64,000 nt of DNA, from the NCBI GenBank assembly GCA_028534125.1, contig CM052842.1, positions 310,001 through 374,000 on the forward strand, given 5' to 3'. The notes below the pieces were generated by a model. That model was not told the origin of the DNA. It saw only the letters and a program-made list of their open reading frames with translations, and did not search any database. The position numbers and the translations under genes were made by a program. Below, piece by piece: positions 46,601-63,100 of this stretch (the stretch's first letter is position 1; the number at the start of each line of letters is the position of its first letter). This DNA is from Lama glama (taxonomy: Eukaryota).

Positions 46601-46899
46601 ATCCCGCTGTAGGCCTACAGACGGTTCTTTTATTCCTCTTCCTTCAGTCCGCCCTGTTCAACCTCCTCCTCTCTGATTTCCAGGAGGGTACCTGAATGGT
46701 CTCCGTGTCCCCACCCCCGTGGACTCTTGTAATTGCACCCACCTTCTCAACCTCGCCACACACACCCGCTGCTTGCCTTGCTGCTTAACTTGAACAACGT
46801 TGCCCTTTCCCAGCCTTTATCTCGCCTCCCTGCTGCCCAGCCTCCACACGCTGGGGTGCCCAGGGCCCAGCCAGCGCTGCTCTCTCTCCTGCCTTCGTT

Positions 46900-47800
46900 C
46901 ACCGTTAGCCAGCCATCCCTACAGTGTTACTGGCTCAGCTCTGCCCGCCCAGGCCTCTCCCCTGACCTCCAGCTGCCTCCGCAGCCTTTTTGGATGTCTA
47001 TGGAGTCTCTCAGACCCAACATATCCTAACCATGGTGCTTTCCTGCACACCGCCTGCCCTGGAAACCCTGTTTTGTCCACCTTCACCATCTCAATTCACT
47101 TTACTGCCATGGTGCCACTGGTCCAAAAATAAGGGTGTCATTCTTGAGTCTTTTAAGTTTTATCCCATTTCACATCTTTCATTGGGTCTGGTGGTTCCAC
47201 TTCCAAAGCATGGCTGGAACTGGCCCCAGCCACCACATCAATTTCCTGCCTGGGCACGGGCCTCCTGCGTCCACTCTGGTCAGCCCACCGCCCAACCAGA
47301 GCCCCCAAAACTTGTCTTCAGCCCTCTAGCAGTTCCTACTGGCTGCTCTAGGGTGAACCCAGACTCTTCGTCCTGGTCTGTGAGAGCTGTGCTCTTTGAT
47401 CCCCTGCCTGTCTGTCCCATCTCCTGGGACGCCTCTCACTCAGGAAGCCCCCTACCCCACCCTGCTTCTGTGTCTCTAAGTGCATTCCTCTTGTTCTGTG
47501 TCCTTTTCCTCTGCCCAAATGCTCTTCCCCTAGTCATCTCTCTGATGGCTGCAGCCTCTTCCTCTTCCTCCTGGTCACCTGCTCTAGGGCAGCCCCCACC
47601 CTACACCAGTACCCCCCCCCCACGCCCCACCAATGTGCTACTCTCCTGAGGTGCTCACCTGCACCTGCTTCCTTCTGGCAGCCTTCAGGGCGGGGCTAGT
47701 GTTCCCACCACAGTGCACAGCACCTTGTGTGTTCATTGCTGTTTTTCATCTTGTTTCTGCCGAGGGTGCGAAGGCTCTTCATGAGGCCCAGTGCTCAGGG
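46900..47800. mobile_element. Degenerate L2 fragment(s) in VPS28 intron 1
   Basis: GGGTGTCATTCTTGAGTC...TTCCACTTCCAAAGCAT...CCCAAATGCTCTTCCCC fits the L2 pattern; boundaries approximate. Confidence 0.45.
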
Positions 47801-47874
47801 ATGTTAGGGGTCACCTTTGAGTCAGCACTTGCTCTGCTCCCCAGGTCTCTGCTGTGGCCACCTGAGCCTGCAGG

Positions 47875-50729
47875 ATGTTTCACGGGATCCCAGCCACTCC
47901 TGGCATGGGAGGTGAGTGTGGCCCAAGCTGGGCCCAGGGACCCAAAGGGCCCAGGCTTTCAGCCTTTGCTGCAGAAGCTGAGGGGAGCAGCGGCAGGGGG
48001 AATGTGGGCGGTCTGTTTAAGTGTCCGCCCCCATAAGGCCTCAGAGTGGCCAGGGGCCCAGAGACCTCCTCCAGGTGGGACCAGCTGGGCACAGAGATGA
48101 CAGCTTTAGTGTGGCTGGAACTTCAGGGGGTCTTGGGTATCCTGGAGTCACCAAACCAGGGGAAAGATTATGAAGCATGTGACAAACATTTCTGGTCCGT
48201 CACTGCATCATAAGCGAGGTATGTGTGGTCACTCAGCTGTAAAGTGGGGTAGCCAAGAAGCAGAGGTATAATGGAGGGCCAGGCCTGGCATGTGGCACAC
48301 TGGACCCAGAGGCATTTCCTCTGCTTAGGTACCCCCACAAACTGATGGGGGCACTGAGACTGAAATTCCTCTGGCTCCCCCTGAGCCCTTTGGGACATAG
48401 CACTGGGGAAGCCTTGAGAGTGTTGCTGAAATGGGGCTGAGGCCAGGGGTCACCATCATGAGCAGACTGCCAGCTGTCTGCCTGTTCTATTGCAGCCCCT
48501 GGAAACAAGCCGGAGCTATATGAGGTCAGTGGTGGACACCTGCCTGGCACCATTGGTCCCTTTGAGCCTCACCAGGTACTGTAGGCACCCTAGTGCTGCC
48601 GGTTGACCCTCTGCTCCATCTCCCCTATAGGAAGTGAAGCTGTACAAGAATGCCCGTGAGCGAGAGAAGTGAGTCCGGCACCCAGGCTGCCTCCTTCCCC
48701 CCACAGCACCCTCCTCCCACTGAGGGTTAGGAGGACATAGGGTCAGCCTGGGCAAACAAACAGTTTTCAAGTAGCCTTTGCCAGGGGCGGGGTGAGAGGT
48801 GACCAAACACCAAGCTCTGCTTCCATTTCTCCCACCCTGGGTGGGGCCAGTGCCCTGGATGGGGCCCTGGGCTTGGGACCCCGGCTTCCCTGCTTTGGCA
48901 GCCACACCTAAAGGATGCACCCTCAGGTATGACAACATGGCCGAGCTGTTTGCCGTTGTGAAGACGATGCAGGCCCTGGAGAAAGCGTACATCAAGGACT
49001 GCGTCACCCCCAACGAGTGAGAGCCCGCCTTCCCTGCACCACCAGTGGGCACCTGTCCTTGAAAGCTTGTGTTTGTCCTCCAGGGGCTGGGTGCTCAATG
49101 CGGAGGAAGAGCAGGGGCCCAGCCTGAGGCCTGGGTCTGAGGCCCAGCCAGCACAAGGAGGGTCCCCCGGGTGCTAGGGCCTTGGCGCCATCTCAGCCAG
49201 AGAAGTCCTGGCAGCAGTACTAAAGTGTTCTAGGGGAGAGGTGAGCCCACCACCCTGGTCCTGGGGTTCCGTCCCACCCCTCCTCCCCCAGGCCTCATCA
49301 GTGCACAGGCTTAGAAGGCAAGCAGGAGGGCTCAGAGGTCAGTCTGTGAGGTGCTGCTGGCCAGGCCTGGCCGCCAGGAGATCCCCGGGGCCTTGGTTCA
49401 GTGCAGCAGGCCCAGCCCAGAGGACCCCGAGCTGCTGATGTGGGGGTGTGGCCAGCACGGTCCAGGAGAGCAGGCTTGAGGGGGCAGGCTGAGCCTCTGC
49501 CGAGCGCGGGCTTGGGGCCAGTCTGCACAGGGCTGGTCCTGCGTGGCAGCCGTATTTTGGCCACTGTCTCCCTCCCCTCCCAGAGTTCTTTTCTTGTATA
49601 AACCAGTGGGAAGGCTCAACTGTCAATGGCACACCTCTGGGCCTCCACCAGCCCTCCCTGGAAGAGCCAAGGGTAAGCAGGACGTGCCGGGTATAGCTGG
49701 CCCGGTGCTGAGGGCCGGAGTGTAACCCTCTCCCTAGGTACACGGCGGCCTGCTCCCGGCTCCTGGTCCAGTACAAAGCTGCCTTCCGGCAGGTTCAGGG
49801 CTCAGAGATCAGTTCCATTGATGAGTTCTGTCGCAAGTTCCGCGTGAGTTAGTGGCCCCTCCGCCCTGAGGGGCGGTGGGAGGTGTGGGCGCTGGGTGGC
49901 TGGGCCTGGCTGCCCTGCAGGGCCCAGCACCGGGTGCTCCCCCTCAGCTGGACTGCCCGCTTGCCATGGAGAGGATCAGGGAGGACCGGCCCATCACCAT
50001 CAAGGACGACAAGGGCAACCTCAACCGCTGCATCGCCGACGTCGTCTCGGTGGGCCTCGCCAGGGCTGTGGCTCCCTGGGGCCCCTCCCTATACTGAACC
50101 ACAGGGGGCGGGCCCAAGCTCCCACGCCCCAGCAGGGCTGCGTGGCCTTGAGGCCTGGGGCCAAGTGGTGCAGGAGGAGGCCCGAGGCTGAGGAGGGCCA
50201 GGGGCTGGGTGGGGCTGACCCTGGTGGCCCTGCAGAGGAACCAGGCTTGTGGCTGCAAGAGGTCTCCCTCTCTTGGCCCCTGGTGGGGCCTGTGTCACCT
50301 CACACACGCTTGTCCCCAGCTCTTCATCACGGTGATGGACAAGCTGCGCCTGGAGATCCGCGCCATGGACGAGGTGCGGCTTCTGGGGGGTGAGGGGGGC
50401 CGGAGGAGGGAGAGGGGGTCCCAGCGGCACTGTCCCCACAGATCCAGCCTGACCTGCGGGAGCTGATGGAGACCATGCATCGCATGAGCCACCTGCCCCC
50501 TGACTTTGAGGGCCGCCAGACGGTCAACCAGTGGTGAGTGTGTGTCTCCCGCCCAGCTGCCCTGCCCCAACCCGTGCGCCCCCTGCGTCCCCCAGCGCTG
50601 TGCTCCCGCAGGCTGCAGACCCTGAGCGGCATGTCCGCGTCCGACGAGCTGGACGACTCCCAGGTGCGCCAGATGCTCTTTGACCTGGAGTCAGCCTACA
50701 ACGCTTTCAACCGCTTCCTGCACGCCTGA
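47875..50729 (+). CDS. VPS28: ESCRT-I subunit VPS28, 221 aa
   Basis: Coding exons 47875-47911, 48496-48524, 48631-48668, 48927-49016, 49738-49843, 49948-50049, 50320-50373, 50442-50533, 50612-50729 (666 nt); [43 protein letters not shown]...[13 protein letters not shown]. Confidence 0.98.
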
Positions 50730-50852
50730 GCCTGCGCCTCCCTGCGCCGAGAAGGTTCCGGCATCCCCCGGACGTCTGCAATGTCTCTCTGTCCACAGCA
50801 GCCCCGTCAAGTGTGTCTGTCCGTGGTCTCTAACCTGGAGCCCCGTCCCCAC

Positions 50853-50858
50853 AATAAA
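50853..50858 (+). terminator. VPS28 poly(A) signal AATAAA
   Basis: Canonical hexamer about 125 nt after the stop. Confidence 0.8.
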
Positions 50859-52394
50859 GATGCTTTCTGACTTCCCTGCGGGTGTGGGCGGCTCTCCCCC
50901 AAGGTCCGCCTTGCGTGGCTGTCTGCCCTGGGGGCCCCGGGACCCTGCCGGCCTGGAGTGCGTAGGTTCTGCGCAGTAGTTTAGGGGCAGCAGCCTCCCT
51001 GGTGCGTGAGCCTCCCCCAGGCCAGGATGGCTTGAGTCTGTTGGCCACTCCTGCCTCCCCACACCCCACCTGAGAGCTTTGGCAGCTTATTGGAGGCCCG
51101 GCCAGCTGGGTGCAGAGGCTGCTGCACTGCCCAGGCTGGAAGGTATGGCCATAGCCCCACCTGCATCTCTGTGCCCTGGAGGACACGTAGGTCAGCTCAC
51201 CTCACACCTTTTGCTGCGGGGCCCATCCTTGTTCGGTGGCTTACAGGAGCCCCAGCTGATAACTCGTGGTGGGGTGTTCTCCTGCCCTCCGCTGAGTGTG
51301 TCCCTCAGGCCCAGCTGGTAGACACCATGGGAGCCCCTGGGCTGGCCTTGCCCGAAGCCTGGTGGGGAAACAAACACCAGTTCCCAGGCACCTGCTACGA
51401 AGGCTGCTGCCGTCAGTGCTGAAAGCGGCCCTGCCCTGTGGTGTTCATGTTCTCGTCCTCGTTCTCATTCTCTGGGCGGACAGCAGCCAACCGTGAGACC
51501 AAGGCTCTGGGTTCCAAGATGGGTTGGTTCATGTTTTAGCAACCATGGTGTTGGGATAAGGCACATCCCAGAGTTTCATTGTAGCATTTTCGTTTTCTTA
51601 GTGGTGCGTCATGATGTCTGTGGCTTCTAGAGGCAGTGAAATAAAGCATATTATTTCAGATGGTGATAGAAGAGGTTGGAGGCTATCAGTGGGGTGGTCA
51701 CGGACAGCCTCTCAACATTGAGTAGAAGGATGAGGAGTGAGCCTGGTTCCCCAGGGAGGGTACCTGAGAGCCCTGGGTGCCAGCAAGGTACTCAGCAAAG
51801 GCCCCCATCTCACTTGTGTTTTACTAGGGAAAGATGGTACCCAGGCTGCAGGGAGAGGGCCCATCAGATTCCGGGCATGGACTGTGCTGGGCTGGATGCA
51901 GCGATAGTGAGCCTGGGCCTGAGCACCTGGGGGTCGGAAGAACTCACGTTGCAACATGGACCCCTGGGGAGCCAGAGCTCTGAGGTGATCACGGGGGCCT
52001 GTTGTGCACATAGCTGGACGTCAAAAGCTGGAGTTCCAGAGAGAAGGGTGAAGGCCGGGGTCTCCTATCCTGGGTGCCAGGAATTCTGCCCGAGGTACAG
52101 GACTGGCACTTCTGTGTTTGGAGGCTGTGGAAAGAAACATGAACACAGGAGCTAAAGAGCCGGCGACCAGAGCCTGTGGAGCAGACTGGGGCCCCAGGCT
52201 TGGAGGGCAGGGGTCCAGGTGGACTGAGACTGCAGAAGCACTGCTAAGTCTGACCCATGAGGCTCTTGGTGACCTTCAGGAGGGCATGGGTGGACGAGTG
52301 AGGCTGCAGGGGAGGCCACCCGACGAGTGCCAGAGTGCCCCAATCTGCTGGCAGGGAGCTGAGGGGGCAGAGGGCCAGGGAGGGCTGTTTGGGT

Positions 52395-52830
52395 CTATTT
52401 TAATTTTTTTATTGCAATGAAATATACAAAACATAAAATTTGCACGATAAACACATCTCAGCTCGGTGGCATTAAGTGCATTAAGCGCTCTGTGCACCTG
52501 TTGTCCCATCCACCTCCAGAGCCTTTTCATCCTTCCAAACCAAAATTGTCCCCACCGAACAACTCCTGCCCACCCCTCAGCCCCTGGTGCCCACCATCCT
52601 TTCCACCCTGGCTTTACAGAACCATACAGCTTGTGCTTCTGTGACTGCTCTTTTCACTCGGCATCTTGCCCTCAAGGTTCATCTGTGTGACAGAATTTCC
52701 TTTTTTTTTTTGAGAGTATTCCATCATATGTGTGGGCTCTATTTTGTTTACCCACTGGTGGCACCTGGCTGCTTGCATCCTCTGGCTCTCGTGAACACGC
52801 GACTGTGAGCAGGGGTGTGTGTTTTAGAAC
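52395..52830 (-). mobile_element. Ancient L1 (L1MB-like) 3' end fragment
   Basis: TTTTTTTATTG...ACATAAAATTT...GGTGGCATTAAGT...CCCCTCAGCCCCTGG...CAAGGTTCATC...CAGAATTTCCTT is the reverse-complement L1M 3' UTR pattern. Confidence 0.75.
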
Positions 52831-54276
52831 GGGAGCAATTGCAGTGCTCTTGCTGGATGCCGGAGGGGCCTGGGGACAACCCCAGCACCAGGCGGGGACA
52901 GGCAGACATGCCGGGGAGCCTGTGCCACTCTCGATGGCTGCTCTGGGCTAGGAAGGAGGGCACAGGATGGGAGATGTGGGGGACACGGAGCGGAGAACTG
53001 CAGGCCAGCAAAGAGGTGCCCCAAAGCCCAAGGGCACGTGGCCGCCTGCCAGGCCTCCACCTGGCGACCTGGGAAGACTGCTGAATGGCTGGGCTGAGGC
53101 CTTTTCCCCCGACGCTAAGCCAGCCTTGAGTAATGGAGCGGAGGCTCCAGCTCCAGCCAGTCTGGGCCCATGGTCTTCAGATCTGTGTGAAGGGTGCCTG
53201 AATCATCTCTCCAGCTTCCCTCCTCACTGACCCAGGGGCCAGGTATCATCTGTACCTCCTCATCTGAACCCCTGGCGGGCTTGTACCTTCCCCTCCCCTA
53301 ATTTCCCTTTAGAACCCACGGATATCATACTGCAGTGCCTTCCGGCATGTGGGGGGCGGGCCGGAGCTCCACCTGAACCCAGGCCCGGGACACTGTCCTC
53401 GGCCTGATGCCCTGCCCTGGATGCCACCGGACGACAGGGACAGAGTCCTCGGAGCCCAGGCTCCCCACGTCCCTGGAGCTTCTCCCCTGTCCCAACCACG
53501 CCCCACAGGCTCAGGGTCCGGGGTCCACTGAACCAGGCGCAGAAGGGGCCGCCCACACACTCCCTCTAGAAGACGAGGCTTCGCAGAGACCTGCGTTGGG
53601 ATGTCAGCCGTCTCCCTGGGGTCTGCCCCTTTCCCTAGACTGCCAGCTGGGCAGAGATAAGGCCTGGGAGTTCAAAGGCCAGAGCGGGAGGCAGCAGGGA
53701 GGGGCAGGGCCCAGCCCTAGAGCTCAGAGCCTGGCTGGCCCCACTCCTGTCCTTGGAGCCCAGGGGCCACTCACCTGGCACCAGCTGGTGGGCCGGGAGG
53801 TGCACGCAGACAGCCCAGGCTCCAGGTGGAGGGCTTTGGCCATTTCCCAGGGAATCTCCCCTGGAGGGTTTGCAGGGGGAGCCTGGCCAGCACCTAACCG
53901 AGATTGCCTCGGATTCCAGTGCATTCCAACATGGACCACAGCCCAGGAGGGGAGGGCCCCACCCCCAAGGAGGGCCTTGAGGCTCTGGGAGTGTTTAAGC
54001 TGCTGGAGCCAGGAGGCCCTGCAGGGAAGGCTGCTGGCGGGAGTGGAGTTGGGGCCTTGTGGTGGTTTCCACAAATCTCCACCCCAGGCCCCCCTGGCTT
54101 GGGGGCAGCCCCTGGAGAGAGGGCCATGGGGAGCAGCACCCAGATGAACTGAGTCTCCCTCAAATCGAGTTCCTCTGCCAAGTTTATGCTGAGCCTCTCC
54201 ATCCTCAACATTATTCCTTGTCTTGTCCCATACCTGTGCTCCTCAAGACAGAGGAGTGTCAGAGAAAGGAGGGGAC

Positions 54277-54753
54277 TGAAACTGAGCAGGACCCCCTGGG
54301 GCCCTCCTGAGTACAAATCCTTTCCAGTCCCTGCATTTGTTTGTAGTAAATAGGCTTTATTCAGCCTCTTAAGAACTTCTGCGACTTCTAAGGGCAGATT
54401 CAAACAGTTGCTAATCAGGGAAGTAAGGAATGCAGAAACCAAAGGAGGAGCGTTCAAGAAGCGCAGCCTTAGGGCAGGGTCCCCCGTTCCAGGAACTGAG
54501 GCCCCCATCCAGGTGGAGGATGGTACCTTTAGGCTGAGCACAAAGTCCTCGAGCCCTGCCCTGTTGACTCCCATTTACCCACCCTGCAGCCCTCACCCAA
54601 ATTCTGCCTATTAAAAACTCCCCCAAAACCGCCGGGGAGGGGACTTCAGCGTTTTTGAGCACTAGCCGCCTGTTCTCCTTTGCTCGGCCCTGCAATGTTT
54701 CGGTCTCTTTGGCCTCATGGTGCATCAGACACACAAACTCCTGTCCAGTAACA
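54277..54753 (+). mobile_element. ERV1-class solo LTR (477 bp) upstream of SLC39A4
   Basis: Begins TGAAACTGAGCAGGACC and ends CCAGTAACA; flanks GGAC/AGAC look like a 4-bp target-site duplication with one mismatch; TATA-like TATTAAAA 54609-54616. Confidence 0.7.
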
Positions 54754-55051
54754 AGACCCTTGGGGGAGCAGAGGGGCGGCCCTGTCCCACAGTCCTGGAG
54801 GGCCGCCCCATCCAGAAGGGGCCCAGCTATCGCCCCCCAGGACAGCAGCTCCACACTCTAGGGAGGACCTGCCGCTGGAATGGTTAACCCACAACGACTC
54901 TGGCAGCCAATCACAGAGCCCTGCGGGAAATGCCTGCGGAGATCCTCGTGCCGGGGCCGGGCGGGTCCCAGCCCAGCCCAGCCCCAGTCCGGCACCAGGC
55001 AGCCCTGGTGCACACAGCCACCCCAAAGCAGGAGGACTCAGGGGCTGCAGC

Positions 55052-59407
<4,356 letters not shown>

Positions 59408-59578
59408 CACCTCTGCCCCGCTTTTGGCCCTTGACTCTGGCCCCTGGCCCTGGATTATCTCAGACTCTTAGAAGTGGCAGCCACACCCAACGTGTAGCCA
59501 CGCCTGTGGCCAGCCAGGTACCCCGATAACCCCAAGCCTTTGAGAGTCTCCCTCCCCCAGGCCACAGTGCCCAGCTTC

Positions 59579-59584
59579 AATAAA
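59579..59584 (+). terminator. SLC39A4 poly(A) signal AATAAA
   Basis: Followed by TTCTTGTTCTTGG. Confidence 0.8.
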
Positions 59585-60039
59585 GACATTCTTGTTCTTG
59601 GAGTGTAGCCTGCTCTCCTTGCTCAGAGGGAAAGGTCTCCCACCTTTCTTGGCTCCCTCTCTCCCCAGAGCGGTGCCTGTTGCCTGAAGAAGAGCCAGGA
59701 TAACTGCTCAGGGACCTCCAGGCAGCCAGCCCTAGTGCCCCTAGTCTGTAATGTGGAGACCCTGCCTGGGGAGCAAAGTTAGAGAAATTGGCCGGCTTCT
59801 GTGGGCAGCAGGTAGTACCTGGTGTCCAGTCAGGAATCAAACTTGTTTACGTATAGCAGGAAAAACCACAAAACAACCAGCCATCCTTACGCTGATGAGG
59901 GCTTTTTTCTCTCTCATGAAAAACGGGCCTGGAGATAATCAGACCGGAGTGTGTGGCAGCCCATGGTCAGTAGGGCCCAGGCCTCTACTGGCTCTGCTCC
60001 ACTGTCCTCAGTGGAAGTGTCCATTTCAGAGTTCCCTTG

Positions 60040-60501
60040 GGATAGTTTCCTAGGGAACTCTTCCTCTAGGAGAGGACTCGCACAGCCCACCACAAACTGG
60101 GTGCCTTAAGACAATAGAAGTTAATTCTCTCCCAGTCTGGAGGCAGAAGCCTGAAATCAATGTGTCAGCAGGCTATGCTCACTCTGAAGCCTCCAGGGGA
60201 GAATCTGTTACATGATCTTTTCCTGGCTTCTGGTGGCCTCGGGTGTCCTCGGCTTGTTGTGGCAACATAACCCCATTCTCTGCCTCGGTCTTCACATGAC
60301 CCTCTTGTGTCTGTCTCTTCTCTTCTCAAAAGAACACCAGGACATCATGTTAGATTCCTGGCTCACCTTACTCCAGCGTGACTTCATCTTAACTAATTCC
60401 ATCTGTAATGATCCTATTTTTTCAGTTACAGTTACATTTTGAGGTACTGTGGGTTAGGTTTTCAATATATCTTTTTGAAGGATACAGTTCAATCCATAAC
60501 A
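60040..60501 (-). mobile_element. MaLR LTR (MLT1 family)
   Basis: TAGTTTCCTAGGG...CCACAAACTGGGTG..TTAA...CTGGAGGC.AGAAG.CTGAAATCAA.GTGTCAGCAGG...GATACAGTTCAATCCATAACA. Confidence 0.85.
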
Positions 60502-61999
60502 GCTCTCATGGGCATTAGCTATCACAGGCGCCCTCCAGGTAGCAGAAAGGAGCTAAGAGGAAAGAGCAAAAGCAGTAAGGGCCCAGGGGATGTGAGATTC
60601 AGCCTTTTGTTCACCCAATAGCACTGGCACAAGAGCAGGAGAGTGGCAGGCAGACTTACACTCCATTAGGTCCACTTGGGCTGAAAGCAGGTAGCTGCCA
60701 CCTGCCAGGAATCTGAGGCAAATGGGCAGGAAGGACCATGTCTGAGAGCTCCCTGGCCTGACACAGGTGGCCAGCTGCCCTAGCCTCTCCACGAGATGCT
60801 GATTCTTCTAGAATCTTCACCAACCCTGTAAGAAGAGTCTGGGAATTACCACCTCCCTTGTAAAACCAGCCCACAACACTGGACACGCAGAGATGGCCTG
60901 GCGTGAAGGAAGATGCAGAAAACCACCAGCTCCCAGTACAGTGCTGCCCCAGGGACATATTGGGGGTGTAGCCTGGACTGTAGTGGGGACCCAAGCTGCA
61001 GGGGCCGAGGGAGAACTCCACTGTCTTTTGGAGGACAAGGCCCTCTGAATGGTGGAGCTAAGTACCTGAAGCTGCCAGGGCTTGGACTGGCAGCCTCATC
61101 ACACCCTCCCCAGCCATAGATCACCTTCCAGCCCATCACGGTCTCCTTCCAGCAACTTCAAGCCACCACTTCTGCTGACGGCCTCCTCTAGTTTCCCACT
61201 GAAGAAGCAGACCCGCCAGACAGGCCCACATCTGCCTTCCCACTGCCAGCCCTACGACCTCCCAGCCCCTCTGCCCACCTTCCCCTCTGCTCTGACTGGG
61301 ACAGAGCTATATCCTGCTCGTTGTTGCTCCTCCCAGGACTGTGCTCCTTCAGCATCTCTGGCTGTCTGCACTGACCCCCTCTCTCCCACAGACAAACTCT
61401 CATCCGTTTGTTAGGGCATTTGCCGTGTGCCAGGCTCGAGGCTGGGGGTCCTGTGGTGACTGACTTTTTCATCACAGGTGCCTGTGATGTGGGAGCCATG
61501 ACTGTCTGTGTGTCTTGGATGTGGAAAGTCAGTGTCCAGGCCACGGCCCAGCTCTGCCCTGCTGCCTCCTCCAGCAGGTCCTCACGGTGGTTCTGACTAC
61601 AGTTAGTTTTTGTTTTGATTTTTAAAGGGGCTTCATGTAGTTCACGGGTCACACACCTGTCTGGGCATCCAAGTGACCCTTGGCCTGCCCATCAAGTGTC
61701 CAGACTGGAGGTCTTGTTGCTGACATGAGCAAGTGGGCAGAATTAGGATGTGACATAAACACATATTTCTATGCCATTTTCTTGGGTGTGACTATACCTT
61801 TTTATTTGTTTTATTTCTTAAGATTCTGTTTCTAAATCCCAGACCTGTCTGAGGGTATTTAGGGTGAATCCCTGCCAAGTGAGGAGAGGTCTGCTGAGCT
61901 GGGCGTGGTCCTGGCTCCAGGGTCCTCTAAGTGGGCAGCTGTGCCAGGTCTGGAGAGGGATCAGTGGGGAAGACGCGAAAAGCGCTGGGAGAGGGGCCA

Positions 62000-63100
62000 G
62001 CCGCACCACCGGCAAATACGTGGCGGCCAGTGCCAGGCAGGGCCGCGGGTAGTCAACGCGTGTTTTGGTGGTGGTAGGGGAACCGTTTTGTGGAGGGAAC
62101 ACAGCGGAGACGGGACGTGGCACCTCTCCAGGAAGCTCTCCCCAGCTCTGGATTAGTCGGGCCTCCGGCACTTGCTGGAGCATAATTTGTCGCGTGTTTG
62201 TGTCCGGGGGTCTCCTCGCTCCCGGCTCCGTACTGCGTGGCTCTCCTGGCTGAGCCGGGCGCCGGCACCTGGCGGGACGCCTCGCACACGTGAACGTGGT
62301 GCGGGAAAGACCTCGCCTCTTCCTGCGGGCGAGACCCTCCACGGGGAATCCATCGTGGGGTCCCGGGGTGGGAAGGACCCCGGCCCGCCGGCCCTGAGCC
62401 GCCTCACTCCGTCCGGCTCCCAGCTCGCTTCGGCGTTCCCCCGCGGTGGGGCCCTGGATTTCTAGCGAGCTCGGGATCGCGGGGCTCTGGGAGCGGAGCC
62501 GCGAGGCCGCCCCCGGCCACCAGGGGCCGCTGTCGCTCCCACGGCCGGGGCGCCGTGGCGGCGCTGCGCAGGCGCAGGAGCCCGGAACCTTGGCGCGCGG
62601 CTTCCGGGCTGGCCGGGCAGTGTTCGCCGCCGTGCCGGTCCCCCGCGAGCCCGCTCCAACAGCCAGGTGGGCGGCGCGCGCGCGCGGGCGGGAGGCGGGG
62701 AACGCCGGGCCGGCCCGGGGTGGTGCGCGGGCGGCTCCGCTCATCCGGTCGCCTGCGACCCCGTGCAGCCCCGGTTCGGCGCCATGTACGCCGTGTACAA
62801 ACAGGCGCACCCGCCCACCGGCCTGGAGTTCTCGATGTACTGCAACTTCTTCAACAACAGCGAGCGCAACCTCGTGGTGGCCGGGACCTCGCAGCTCTAC
62901 GTGTACCGCCTCAACCGCGACGCCGAGGTAGGCCCGCTCCCGCCTCGCAGCCGCGAAGGACGCGGGTGCCCGCCACAGGCAGGCCCCGCGGTTGGCTGGT
63001 TGTCTCCAGAGCCCGTTCTCTCCGCTGCTCCGTCACCCGGCCTCTTCCTCCTCCTGCTGGGCTTGGAGGCCTGCCCTAGCGCGTCTTCTTTGCTCTCGTG
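62000..63100. promoter_or_regulatory. CPSF1 CpG island promoter; non-coding exon 1 at about 62601-62666
   Basis: NRF1 TGCGCAGGCGCA 62565-62576, ETS CCGGAA 62582-62587 and CTTCCGG 62601-62607, donor CCAG|GTGGGC at 62666/62667. Confidence 0.85.
62784..62927 (+). CDS. CPSF1: CPSF1 (CPSF160) first coding exon; the gene continues beyond the window
   Basis: GCCATGT start; [48 protein letters not shown] followed by donor GAG|GTAGGC. Confidence 0.97.

Noticed and set aside
50534-50611. In-frame retention of the 78-nt last VPS28 intron
   Set aside because: Retention reads CAG TGG TGA, an immediate stop, so no extended protein results.
61818-62810. 330-aa ORF antisense to the CPSF1 promoter
   Set aside because: CpG-island shadow ORF with no coding signature.
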